Assembly (NCBI RefSeq): GCF_003044035.1
Contig: NZ_NVQC01000022.1
Coordinates: 300,001-332,000 of the forward strand
Reading direction: 5' to 3'
From: Candidatus Methylomirabilis limnetica
GTDB lineage: Bacteria; Methylomirabilota; Methylomirabilia; Methylomirabilales; Methylomirabilaceae
Length of the DNA: 32,000 nucleotides
In this document: positions 1-10,134 of the stretch, piece after piece
Position numbering within the stretch: position 1 is the first letter of the stretch
Layout: every line of letters begins with the position of its first letter
Notes under the pieces: generated by a model
Seen by the model: only the letters and a program-made list of their open reading frames with translations
Databases searched by the model: none
Told to the model about the DNA's origin: nothing
Made by a program: the position numbers and the translations under genes

Positions 1-517
1 TGAGAGCGTTACGGAAGAGCTCGGTCGACGCGTCCCCAAGGCTTTCTACGTCAGAGTTGAGGCGGGACATAATCTCGCCTGTTGAGCGACGAGTGAAAAA
101 GCCAAGGGACAGCACGTGCAGATGCGCATACAGACTGTTTCGAATGTCTCGCTGGATCCCTTCGGCCACGTATCGCAGTTGCAGTTGCTGGATGTAGAGA
201 AGTACGCCTTTGGCCAAAAAGACGAGGAAGAGGGCCCCTCCGATAAAGGTGAGGATATTGATTCGATGAGCCTGCAGGAGCGTCTGAAGCTGGACCAGCC
301 GCTGTCCAAGCACGGCCCTGATCGGATCCGGAAGGCTAATCCCTGCCACACCGCCCTCTGCGGCGAAAAGACCGTCGAAGATCGGCTGGAGTGAACCGAT
401 GGAGACCGCATTGAGTATGGCGATGAGGACAAGGGAGGCGATAGCAAGGATGACCCGTGCCCGGTAGGGGTAGGCGTACCGGAGCACGCGAAGGAATTGT
501 TGTAGGGGTGTTTGCAT
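1..517 (-). CDS. msbA: ABC exporter (fused permease/ATPase), MsbA-like; N-terminal transmembrane part only, 3' end runs off the window
   Basis: Not in the ORF track. Hand translation from the ATG at 517 is open to position 1: MQTPLQQFLRVLRYAYPYRARVILAIASLVLIAILNAV...LSLGFFTRRSTGEIMSRLNSDVESLGDASTELFRNAL. The FF..R.TGEI.SRL..DVE block is the typical type-I ABC exporter TMD signature. The start lies 21 nt downstream of the kdsA stop. The symbol rests on family resemblance plus context only. Confidence 0.65.
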   Translation of the reverse strand, partial: MQTPLQQFLRVLRYAYPYRARVILAIASLVLIAILNAVSIGSLQPIFDGLFAAEGGVAGISLPDPIRAVLGQRLVQLQTLLQAHRINILTFIGGALFLVFLAKGVLLYIQQLQLRYVAEGIQRDIRNSLYAHLHVLSLGFFTRRSTGEIMSRLNSDVESLGDASTELFRNAL

Positions 518-538
518 CTGGAGAACAGCCTTCAGCTA

Positions 539-1408
539 TCAGCGGTCAGCTTTTAGCTTCTGAACTGATGGCTGGTTTATATACGGCGCTACTACCTGCT
601 GAACCTCTAGCAACTGGGTTAGAAGTTCCGGAAGTGCGTCAAGTTGGAGCATGTTGGGGCCGTCGCTGGGCGCATTGGCAGGGTCGGGATGGACCTCCAT
701 GAAGAGCCCGTCGACCCCTGCCGCTACAGCGGCTCGCGCAATGTAGGGAATAAATTGAGACTGCCCTGAAGAGGCATCGCCCGCACCGCCAGGTAGTTGC
801 AAGCTGTGGGTGACATCGAACAGGACGGGGTAGCCGAAGCTGCGCATGACCGGGAGCGAACGGATGTCTACCACCAGGTTGTTATAGCCGAAGCTGCTTC
901 CCCGTTCTGTCAGCACGATCGCCTCCGAGCCGGCCGATTTGAGCTTCTCGACGATATTACCTGCATCCCATGGTGACAGGAATTGTCCCTTCTTGACATT
1001 GACCGGCTTACCGGACCTCGCAGCAGCCAGGAGGAGGTCAGTCTGACGACACAAGAAGGCCGGGATCTGAAGAATATCCAGCACCTCCGCCGCAGCAGAT
1101 ACCTGATTCACGTCGTGGACATCGGAGATGACAGGGACGCCCAGCCTCGCCTTCACACGCTCCAGAATGCGAAGCCCCTCCTCCAAGCCCGGGCCGCGAA
1201 ATGAACGGCCTGACGACCGATTGGCCTTATCGTAGGAGGCCTTGAGGATGAAGGGAACCCGGCACGCTTCACATACTACCTTGATCGCCTCGCCAATCCT
1301 GAGCAGGTGATCCTCGCTCTCGATGACGCATGGACCAGCCACTAGGAGAAGCGGCGCTCCGCCACCAAGCGTAAGTTCGCCGATCCGTACCTGTTTTGTG
1401 AGTGCCAT
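539..1408 (-). CDS. kdsA: 2-dehydro-3-deoxyphosphooctonate aldolase (KDO-8-phosphate synthase)
   Basis: 289-aa ORF with family hallmarks [30 protein letters not shown] and [12 protein letters not shown]. The Cys in GPCVIES is the metal-dependent subclass signature. The ATG at 1408 has no purine-rich SD because the heptamer array abuts it. Confidence 0.95.
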   Translation of the reverse strand: MALTKQVRIGELTLGGGAPLLLVAGPCVIESEDHLLRIGEAIKVVCEACRVPFILKASYDKANRSSGRSFRGPGLEEGLRILERVKARLGVPVISDVHDVNQVSAAAEVLDILQIPAFLCRQTDLLLAAARSGKPVNVKKGQFLSPWDAGNIVEKLKSAGSEAIVLTERGSSFGYNNLVVDIRSLPVMRSFGYPVLFDVTHSLQLPGGAGDASSGQSQFIPYIARAAVAAGVDGLFMEVHPDPANAPSDGPNMLQLDALPELLTQLLEVQQVVAPYINQPSVQKLKADR

Positions 1409-1409
1409 T

Positions 1410-3136
<1,727 letters not shown>

Positions 3137-3170
3137 TTAGGATGTCATGGGTAGGGTGTAGGGTTACGTC

Positions 3171-3258
3171 GTCATTGCGAGCGACCAACGGGAGCGCGGC
3201 AATCTCATCGTCCTTGCAGTGCGAGATTGCTTCGGTCGCCACGCTCCCTCGCAATGAC
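3171..3258. repeat. Family A palindromic repeat, gene-less copy
   Basis: Forward arm GTCATTGCGAGCGACCAACGGGAGCGCGGCAATCTC (3171-3206), 16-nt spacer, inverted arm GAGATTGCTTCGGTCGCCACGCTCCCTCGCAATGAC (3223-3258). Each arm also has an internal ATTGC/GCAAT stem. It is flanked by GGGTA GGGTGTA GGGTTA (3149-3166) and ACCCTAG ACCCTTT (3297-3310). Confidence 0.9.
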
Positions 3259-3299
3259 GCCCGGGGGACCTTCTGGGCAATGACACTATTGCTCTCACC

Positions 3300-4340
3300 C
3301 TAGACCCTTTCTTTAAGCGCGTCCAGCAGTTCTTCCCGGCTGATGGTTGCCGTTCCAGCCCTCCCCACCACGACACCCGCCGCATGGTTGGCAATGACAG
3401 CCGCCTCTCGCATGGAAGCCCCCGATGCCATAGCCAGGGCAAGGACTGCTAAGACAGTATCCCCCGCCCCCGTGACATCATAGACCTCCTTAGCGACCGC
3501 CGGGATGTGCGTTACCCGCCCGTCCTCAAAGAGCGACATCCCCGCCTCTCCTCGAGTCACCAATATGGCCTTGACCTCGAGTTTCACAAGTAGCTCTCTC
3601 CCCGCAACGGCAAGGAGATCCTGTTGCCCCCATGCGGGAAGATGGGCGAAGGCCAAGGCCTCGTGATGGTTGGGGGTGATGACTGTGGCCCCTTTGTAGA
3701 GGGGGAAGTGATGTACTTTCGGGTCGACAACAACGATTTTCTGGCTACGTCGCGCGAGGGAGAGGATCTGTCGGGCGACCCGCTTGCCGATCACTCCCTT
3801 GGCGTAATCCGAGATGAGCACGGCATCGGCATCGGCAAGCCGCTCCGTTGCGAGCTCAAGTACCTGATCCGCCGCTTCCTTCGAGAGATCCGCCGTGCTC
3901 TCCCGGTCGAACCGGACGATCTGTTGGCTCCCCGCGACCACTCGGGTCTTGATGGTGGTAGGGCGAGTCCGGTCTACCACCACACCGTCGCTTTTCATCC
4001 CGGCAGCTTCAATCTGTTGGATCAGGCGTTCTCCTGGCGGATCGTTACCGACGACCCCTACCAAGGTCGCCATTCCGCCCAAGGAGTGGATGTTGGCGGC
4101 GACATTGCCCGCTCCCCCCAGGCGGAAACTTTCGTCCTTCACCTCCACCACTGGAACCGGGGCCTCCGGGGAGAGCCTCGACACGCTCCCCCAGATATAC
4201 TCGTCCACCATGATATCCCCGAGGACGAGGAGCTGCTTCTTAGGAAAACGGGCCAGAATCTGTTGATATCGAATAGCTACCTCCACTGACAGAGTCTTTC
4301 TAACCAATACCCCATGCGCCGGTGGCGCGCCCATGGGCAT
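3300..4340 (-). CDS. hldA: D-glycero-beta-D-manno-heptose-7-phosphate kinase (RfaE domain I / PfkB-type sugar kinase, monofunctional)
   Basis: Motifs LVLGDIMVDEYIWGSVSRLSPEAPVPVV (RfaE-I N-terminus) and DVTGAGDT (PfkB). No adenylyltransferase domain. The start is uncertain: the ATG at 4340 touches a repeat, and an internal GTG near 4286 (VEVAIRYQQ...) gives a more typical N-terminal length. Confidence 0.85.
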   Translation of the reverse strand: MPMGAPPAHGVLVRKTLSVEVAIRYQQILARFPKKQLLVLGDIMVDEYIWGSVSRLSPEAPVPVVEVKDESFRLGGAGNVAANIHSLGGMATLVGVVGNDPPGERLIQQIEAAGMKSDGVVVDRTRPTTIKTRVVAGSQQIVRFDRESTADLSKEAADQVLELATERLADADAVLISDYAKGVIGKRVARQILSLARRSQKIVVVDPKVHHFPLYKGATVITPNHHEALAFAHLPAWGQQDLLAVAGRELLVKLEVKAILVTRGEAGMSLFEDGRVTHIPAVAKEVYDVTGAGDTVLAVLALAMASGASMREAAVIANHAAGVVVGRAGTATISREELLDALKERV

Positions 4341-4344
4341 GAAA

Positions 4345-4399
4345 GTAGGGGCAGGCCTTGTGCCTGCCCGGATTGGGCGACCACAAGGGTCGCCCCTAC
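4345..4399. repeat. Family C double-hairpin repeat
   Basis: GTAGGGGCAGGCcttgtGCCTGCCCggattGGGCGACCacaaGGGTCGCCCCTAC. Two adjacent perfect hairpins are closed by an outer GTAGGGG/CCCCTAC stem. Confidence 0.85.
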
Positions 4400-4465
4400 G
4401 CTGAGGGCGGGAGACTTTCTAGCCAATGCGTATACTCGTCAGACTAGCCGAAGTTGTGGGAAAAT

Positions 4466-5416
4466 TCAACGGCTTTCTCTTGCGCGATGGGTCACCTCCG
4501 CCTGATAAAACGCTACGGTCTGGGAGATTCCCTCCTCAAGGAAAATGGTTGGCTCCCAGCCTAACTCTGCCTTGGCTAACGAGGCGTCCAGGCAGATCCT
4601 GTCGATCTCTCCGGGTCGTTTCGATGCGGCAATCGGCTCTACCGTAGCCCCCGCCGCCCTACGTACCAACTCAAAGATCTGTCGGTCGCTTACCTCGCGC
4701 CCCAGGCCCACATTATAGCTCCGGCCTGAGGCCCGCTTCTCTGTCATTGCCAAGAGGTTCGCCGCGACGATGTCATCGACGTAGACGTAATCCCGGGTCT
4801 TGGTGCCGTCGCCGAAAATCGTCGGGCACTCGCCGGCGAGCATCTGCCGGCTAAAAATCGCTACGACGCCGGCCTCTCCAGCAGGATTCTGTCGGGGACC
4901 ATAGACATTGGCATACCGCAAAATCGTGTAATCCAGCCCGAACCCATCGAAGAGGCGCAGGTACTGCTCTACGGCGTACTTACTCACCCCGTAGACGGAC
5001 ACCGGATGGATCGGATGGAGCTCGTCAACAGGCAGCCGCTGGGGTTCGCCATAGACGGCTCCTCCGGACGAGATGTTAATGAACTTCCTCACCTTGTGGG
5101 TAAGGGAGAACTCGAGCAGATTGAGCGAGCCAACGATATTCACGGACGCATCAAACGATGGCTCACTCATCGACCGGCGCAGGTCGGCCTGGGCCGCGTG
5201 ATGATTGACCACTTCAGGGCGCTCAGTGCGAAACACCTCCTCCAGTGCCTGACGGTCACGGATGTCCACCCGGTAAAAGCGCGCCGAAGGATGGACCTGC
5301 TCTCGTTTCCCCATCGAGAGGTCATCTACCACAGCGACCTCATGTCCCCCTTTTACCAAAGCATCTACAATATGCGACCCGATAAATCCGGCCCCACCCG
5401 TGACGAGAATTTTCAC
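4466..5416 (-). CDS. NAD-dependent epimerase/dehydratase (extended SDR, UDP-hexose 4-epimerase-like)
   Basis: KILVTGGAGFIGSH Rossmann motif and YGVSKYAVE (YxxxK). The likely start is the GTG at 5416, preceded by AAGGGGAG. The ORF-track N-terminal extension reads through a family C repeat. Confidence 0.88.
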   Translation of the reverse strand: MKILVTGGAGFIGSHIVDALVKGGHEVAVVDDLSMGKREQVHPSARFYRVDIRDRQALEEVFRTERPEVVNHHAAQADLRRSMSEPSFDASVNIVGSLNLLEFSLTHKVRKFINISSGGAVYGEPQRLPVDELHPIHPVSVYGVSKYAVEQYLRLFDGFGLDYTILRYANVYGPRQNPAGEAGVVAIFSRQMLAGECPTIFGDGTKTRDYVYVDDIVAANLLAMTEKRASGRSYNVGLGREVSDRQIFELVRRAAGATVEPIAASKRPGEIDRICLDASLAKAELGWEPTIFLEEGISQTVAFYQAEVTHRARESR

Positions 5417-5441
5417 GTGTCTCCCCTTCTCGGAAGCTCGA

Positions 5442-5499
5442 GGTAGGGGCAGGGCTTGCCCTGCCCAATATCCGGGGCGCAGCAAGCAGCGCCCCTACC
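5442..5499. repeat. Family C double-hairpin repeat (second copy)
   Basis: GGTAGGGGCAGGGCttGCCCTGCCCaatatccGGGGCGCagcaagcaGCGCCCCTACC. Same architecture as 4345-4399. Confidence 0.85.
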
Positions 5500-5509
5500 C
5501 CAGACGTGT

Positions 5510-6913
5510 TCACATAGCATTTTTGTGGATGAAGCCCTTCCACAAGCTTAGGCAGAGGATTCTCAGATCGAAGAACAATGACCAGTTCTCAATATAGAAC
5601 AGGTCACACTCGATTCGTTTCTCGACTGAGGTATCACCCCTCCACCCGTTGACCTGAGCCCACCCAGTGAGGCCGGCTTTCACCTTATGTCGGAGCATAT
5701 AGCGAGGGATCTGCTTTCGAAACTCCTCTATAAAGACCGGCCGCTCCGGTCGGGGACCAACGAGGCTCATCTCCCCTTTCAGCACATTGAACAATTGCGG
5801 CAGCTCATCCAGCGAAGTTCTTCGGAGCAATGCGCCGATCACCGTCCGACGCCCATCACCGCGTGCGGCCCAGACCGGACCGGTGTCATCTTCTGCATCG
5901 GTCTGCATCGATCGGAACTTCAGCATCTGGAAGGTCCTACCGTCCAGGCCCATCCGTTCCTGGCGGTAGAGAACCGGACCAGGAGAGGTCAGCTTGATGA
6001 TAGCCGCGACAAGAAGCAGTAACGGCCCGGTGATCAGGAGGGCCACGCTCGCCAGTACGATATCTATCATCCTCTTGCCGACTAGGCTCCAGCCAAAAGT
6101 GGGCGAGTCCTGCAGGCTGATCAGGGGAAGACCGTCGAAATCCTCCACCCCTCCCCGTAAGGTCATGTACTGGTAGAGGTCCGGAACAACGTTGATGTCC
6201 GCGATCCCATCCTCCAGGCTTCTAAGGATTCCTTCCATCCGTCCGTAGGTCTCCAGCGGAATGGCGATAAAAATCCTATCGATCGACAGCTCGCCCACTA
6301 TCTCCCCTGCCTGCTCGTAGGTGCCAAGGGCCGTCAACCCCGCCACCTGTTCCCCCACCATCCTCGGATCGCCGACCAGCAACCCCATGATGTGAAGACC
6401 CAACTCCGGGCGCGCATGGATCCTCTCGATGACCTTCCGCGCCAACGCCCCCTCTCCGACAATCAGGATATGGCGGAGGTTATACCCCCTGCGCCTCATC
6501 AAACGAAGCCCCTCGCGGAAAACGCTCCTGATCAAGCTGACTGACAGGATGCTGAAGATCCAGAAGTAGAGAATCACCAACCGCGAGACCTCGAACGGCT
6601 TGAGAAAGAAGGTCGCCGCGACGAGAATCAAGACCGCGACGGTACAGGCCTTGGCGATATCCCTGACTTCGGCAAGGCGCGATGAGATTCGCCTCGGGCG
6701 ATACAACCCAAAAGCCTTAAAGGCGACACCCCAGACGATAACGATGAGGCCCAGCAGCAAGAGGTACGGGCGAGCGTCAGGGATACCACGGTAGACGGGA
6801 ACCAGGCCTAAATAAAAGCGGAAATAGTACGTACCGAGCCAACTGGCGCTGATCGCCAGCAGGTCTGCGAAAAGCATGAGACTTTCGAGGAACTGACTGT
6901 GGCGCTTCAGCAT
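5510..6913 (-). CDS. Polyprenyl-phosphate hexose-1-phosphate transferase (WbaP/CpsE-type initiating sugar transferase)
   Basis: N-terminal TM helices and a central Rossmann-like region. C-terminal bacterial sugar transferase domain: KRMIDIVLASVALLITGPLLL...LKFRSM...DELPQLFNVLKGEMSLVGPRP. The start is taken at the ATG at 6913 (MLKRHSQF), overlapping the upstream stop by 7 nt; the ORF-track start at 6940 is also possible. Confidence 0.9.
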   Translation of the reverse strand: MLKRHSQFLESLMLFADLLAISASWLGTYYFRFYLGLVPVYRGIPDARPYLLLLGLIVIVWGVAFKAFGLYRPRRISSRLAEVRDIAKACTVAVLILVAATFFLKPFEVSRLVILYFWIFSILSVSLIRSVFREGLRLMRRRGYNLRHILIVGEGALARKVIERIHARPELGLHIMGLLVGDPRMVGEQVAGLTALGTYEQAGEIVGELSIDRIFIAIPLETYGRMEGILRSLEDGIADINVVPDLYQYMTLRGGVEDFDGLPLISLQDSPTFGWSLVGKRMIDIVLASVALLITGPLLLLVAAIIKLTSPGPVLYRQERMGLDGRTFQMLKFRSMQTDAEDDTGPVWAARGDGRRTVIGALLRRTSLDELPQLFNVLKGEMSLVGPRPERPVFIEEFRKQIPRYMLRHKVKAGLTGWAQVNGWRGDTSVEKRIECDLFYIENWSLFFDLRILCLSLWKGFIHKNAM

Positions 6914-8130
6914 GATCGACGGCGTCCCCCACGCTTCCATTCCTCGAAGCGTTCAGCAATATACGTCGCGATCCGTTTTTCGAAAATCGAGCGATCGAAT
7001 GTAAGGGCATGCGTGCGAAGCGCCTCTGGATCGAACCGATCGGCTGATCGCTCGAACAGGTCGATAGCCTGGATCACCGCCTCAATGGTCTGCTCGTAGA
7101 AGAAAATGCCGGTGGGGGCCTCGGGTTTCGGGTTTCGGGTTTCGGGTTTCGGGTTCGCAGACGTTCTTGACTCCAAACTCGAAACTCGAAACTCGAAACT
7201 GTTTAACGGGACAACGGTTTCCGTCACCCCACCCTTGCCATACGCGATTACCGGCCGGCCGCTGGCCATGGCCTCAACCGGCAGGATACCAAAATCCTCC
7301 TCACCTGGAAATATCAGCGCGCGACAGCGGCTCAGAAGGTCGGCAACCTCGCTGTCCGGACGCCACCCCAGAAATTCGATGGTGGGACCGGCCATGCGCC
7401 GCAGTCGTTGGCTCTCCTGACCTTCACCCACGATCACCAGGTGTCGTCGCAGATGGTTGAAAGCCTCAATGGCGAGATCGATCCGCTTATACGGAGCCAT
7501 GGCTCCGGCCACCAGGTAGTAGTCGTCCGTCCGCTCGGCGATATGAAAGCGCGCGGTCTCGACCGGAGGATAGATCACCTCAGCCTCACGCCTGTAATGG
7601 CGTCGGATCCGATCCGCTACATGATGGGAGATGGCGACGAAGTGATCGATCCTGATGTTGACCGCGATATCCCACCGTCGCAAGCGTCCGGCGATAGCGC
7701 GTAACATAAGTCTAGACACCGGACCCATTCGGCCAGAGCCCACATAGGCATCCTGCATGTCCCAGATGTAGCGCATGGGGGTGTACACATACGCAATGTG
7801 AAGAGCCTCTGGCGGGGGTCTGACCCCCTTGGCCACGCAGTGGCTGCTCGACAGGATCAGATCGTACCCATCGAGTTTGAGCTGCTCGATGGCCCACGGA
7901 AATAGGGGCAGATAGTAGCGATAGCGGCTGGCGGCAAACGGCAACGCCTGGATAGCCGACGTCCGGATTCGCCGTTCTTCGATGGTCTTCGATGCGCTTC
8001 CCTTCACATGCAGCAGGGTGAAAATATCCGCTCCCGGAAAGAGCTCACAGAGCGCCTCCAGGCATCGCTCTCCCCCCCGCATCCCGGTCAGCCAATCGTG
8101 AATCAGCGCAACCTTTGCCTCATCCAACAT
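6907..8130 (-). CDS. Glycosyltransferase family 4, carrying an in-frame repeat-element insertion
   Basis: N-terminus VALIHDWLTGMRGGERCLE and the EX7E region EEDFGILPVEAMASGRPVIAYGKGGVTETV. An atypical segment of about 27-30 aa (PLNSFEFRVSSLESRTSANPKPETRNPKPEAP), encoded by the heptamer element at 7121-7201, precedes TGIFFYEQ. Confidence 0.9.
   Translation of the reverse strand: MLDEAKVALIHDWLTGMRGGERCLEALCELFPGADIFTLLHVKGSASKTIEERRIRTSAIQALPFAASRYRYYLPLFPWAIEQLKLDGYDLILSSSHCVAKGVRPPPEALHIAYVYTPMRYIWDMQDAYVGSGRMGPVSRLMLRAIAGRLRRWDIAVNIRIDHFVAISHHVADRIRRHYRREAEVIYPPVETARFHIAERTDDYYLVAGAMAPYKRIDLAIEAFNHLRRHLVIVGEGQESQRLRRMAGPTIEFLGWRPDSEVADLLSRCRALIFPGEEDFGILPVEAMASGRPVIAYGKGGVTETVVPLNSFEFRVSSLESRTSANPKPETRNPKPEAPTGIFFYEQTIEAVIQAIDLFERSADRFDPEALRTHALTFDRSIFEKRIATYIAERFEEWKRGGRRRSC
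7121..7201. repeat. Heptamer inverted-repeat element inside the GT4 CDS
   Basis: Counted directly: 5 x TCGGGTT (7121-7155), 19-nt spacer, about 3.7 x AAACTCG (7175-7200). The reverse complement of AAACTCG is CGAGTTT, versus CGGGTTT in the other arm, which gives one G:T position per unit. The 81-nt total is 27 codons with no stop. Confidence 0.92.
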
Positions 8131-8168
8131 CGCCGCCTCAACCGGTGGAAATCGCCGGGCTCATGGAC

Positions 8169-9161
8169 CTAGACGAACCACCGGCCCATCTGTTCCGTAG
8201 AGGCGCGGCAGCGCTTCATAATAATCCCACGCTTGTAGCGAGCCCTGGGCAAGTATTTCTTCAGGTCCAATACGGCCTTTAAGAGAGCAGGTTCTATGAG
8301 GGCGACGTAGACCATCGCGCGTACCCCCAACCACAGGATCGGTAAGCAATCCCGTCGCAGTAGAGCTGGGAGTTCATTTTTGATCATCATTAAGGAATGA
8401 TTCTTGAAGGAGTGATACTTCCGGAGCCACGGGACGCGCCGGCGATCATCTCTACGCTTCCACCCCCGCAGGTGATAGGCGATTGCTGCGGGGTTATACC
8501 GCGAGCCCCAACCAAGCAATTGGGCCCGCCAGCAGGTGTCTACGTCCTCCTTGTAGGCGAAAAAATCCTCGTCGAAATACTCCCCATCAATCTGAATATC
8601 ATCAAGCATTGACCGTCGGTAGAGGACCGCCGCCCCGCAGATACTGAAGACCTCCTCGGGCTTGTCATACTGGCCCACATCAAGCTCCCCGTGTCCTCTG
8701 TCGATGACTCGTCGACTTCGAAAGATCAGGTGGCCAGTACTGTCAAGTATCCGTGGTGCGTCACCACTCGGCCCGCTGTCGGTTTGGGAGTCGCCCAGGA
8801 GGAGCTTGCCGCCCACAGAACCCACGCCAGGCGCCGAGACCATGACCCCCACCAATTCCTCCAGGTGCCGAGGTCCCAATACAACATCAGGATTTAGGAG
8901 CATGACGTGATCATACCCATCCGCTTCCCGAACGATACGGTTCGCTCCACCGCTGTATCCAAGATTGTCCTGCATCGCCAGGATCTGCACCTCGGGATAG
9001 GCGTTGCCGATAGGTCCAATCTCATCGGCGCGACTGTGGTTATCGAGTACAATCACCCGATCGGCCCGCATGGTCTGGCGCTTTATGCTATCCAGGCAGT
9101 CCGGCAGATGGCGGTAGTCACCGTAATTGATAATCCCAACCGCCACGCGCGGATCTGTCAC
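8169..9161 (-). CDS. Glycosyltransferase family 2 (rhamnosyltransferase-like)
   Basis: VAVGIINYGDYRHLPDCLDSIKRQT, VLDNHS, and FFAYKEDVDTCWRAQLLGW (the ED.D..R block typical of this GT2 subgroup). The ATG at 9161 overlaps the rfbD stop by 4 nt. Confidence 0.9.
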   Translation of the reverse strand: MTDPRVAVGIINYGDYRHLPDCLDSIKRQTMRADRVIVLDNHSRADEIGPIGNAYPEVQILAMQDNLGYSGGANRIVREADGYDHVMLLNPDVVLGPRHLEELVGVMVSAPGVGSVGGKLLLGDSQTDSGPSGDAPRILDSTGHLIFRSRRVIDRGHGELDVGQYDKPEEVFSICGAAVLYRRSMLDDIQIDGEYFDEDFFAYKEDVDTCWRAQLLGWGSRYNPAAIAYHLRGWKRRDDRRRVPWLRKYHSFKNHSLMMIKNELPALLRRDCLPILWLGVRAMVYVALIEPALLKAVLDLKKYLPRARYKRGIIMKRCRASTEQMGRWFV

Positions 9162-10027
9162 GATGAGCTTCTCCCCGATGCCCGATCTTTCAGATAGGCT
9201 TCTAGCGCATCTCGCCAGTCGCTGAGGTCATCGAGATCAAGCGATCGCAGGTTCGCGTTATCCAGGACGGAATAGGCCGGTCGAGCGGCGCGGGCGGCAT
9301 AGGCGGCACTGGTCGTCTCGATGAGGTGGGGGCGCACACCCGATAGCTCTAAGATCGCTTGGGCGAATTGGTACCAGGAGCATTCGCCGTTGTTAGTGAT
9401 GTGATACAGCCCGTAGGCGCCAGTCTCGACCAATTGTCTGACCTTGCAGGCCAGCTCCTTGGCGCTTGTAGGGGTCACGATCTGGTCGCCCACCACACGG
9501 ATTTCGCGCCCATCCGCTGCCAGTCGGAGTATCGTTTCGACGAAATTTCCCGCCTTGCCGCGACTGCCAGCCATTCCATACAGCCCGCAGGTCCGGATGA
9601 GGTAATACCTCTCCAGGGCGGCTTGAACAAAGTATTCGCCGGCTAATTTCGAGGTGGCGTATGCGCTCAGCGGCCCAGGTCGATCAACTTCCCGGTACGG
9701 GCTGAGCTGCCTGCCGTCAAAGACATAATCGGTGCTGAAGTGGACGAGCGGCGCCCCGATCTCCTTGGCGACGATCGCAAGATCCCTCACCGCAGTCGCG
9801 TTCACGGCGAATGCCCGCTCGGCGTAATCTTCGCACTCATCGACCCGATGGTAGGCGGCAGTGTTCAAGATCAGATTTGGTCGGTGCTTGATAAGAGTTT
9901 CCCGTACCTGTACCGGGTTGGTCAACTCCAGGTCAGCATGCGTCAATGGGATGAGGTCATGATTACCAAAGGCCTGCCGCAGTTCGCTCCCCAACTGCCC
10001 GTCAGCACCGATCAGGAGGGTACGCAT
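9158..10027 (-). CDS. rfbD: dTDP-4-dehydrorhamnose reductase
   Basis: MRTLLIGADGQLGSEL start at the ATG at 10027. NTAAYHRVDECE, YATSKLAGE (YxxxK), and a length of about 289 aa typical of RfbD. The ORF-track N-terminal extension overlaps the upstream gene and is rejected. Confidence 0.9.
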   Translation of the reverse strand: MRTLLIGADGQLGSELRQAFGNHDLIPLTHADLELTNPVQVRETLIKHRPNLILNTAAYHRVDECEDYAERAFAVNATAVRDLAIVAKEIGAPLVHFSTDYVFDGRQLSPYREVDRPGPLSAYATSKLAGEYFVQAALERYYLIRTCGLYGMAGSRGKAGNFVETILRLAADGREIRVVGDQIVTPTSAKELACKVRQLVETGAYGLYHITNNGECSWYQFAQAILELSGVRPHLIETTSAAYAARAARPAYSVLDNANLRSLDLDDLSDWRDALEAYLKDRASGRSSS

Positions 10028-10134
10028 CACTTTTTGGTCATAGCTCGAAAGTCTCCCCTTGTCGCAAATCAGGCTTGATCTCCCCGGTAGAACGTGACCG
10101 GAATATTGTATGGCCGATGATAGGGAATACGCCC

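Noticed and set aside
46-447. ORF-track candidates 46..447 (-) and 116..394 (+).
   Set aside because: Both have low-complexity, Ser/Arg-rich or otherwise unprotein-like translations. The third minus-strand frame gives a clean ABC-exporter TMD from the ATG at 517, open to the window edge, which explains the region.
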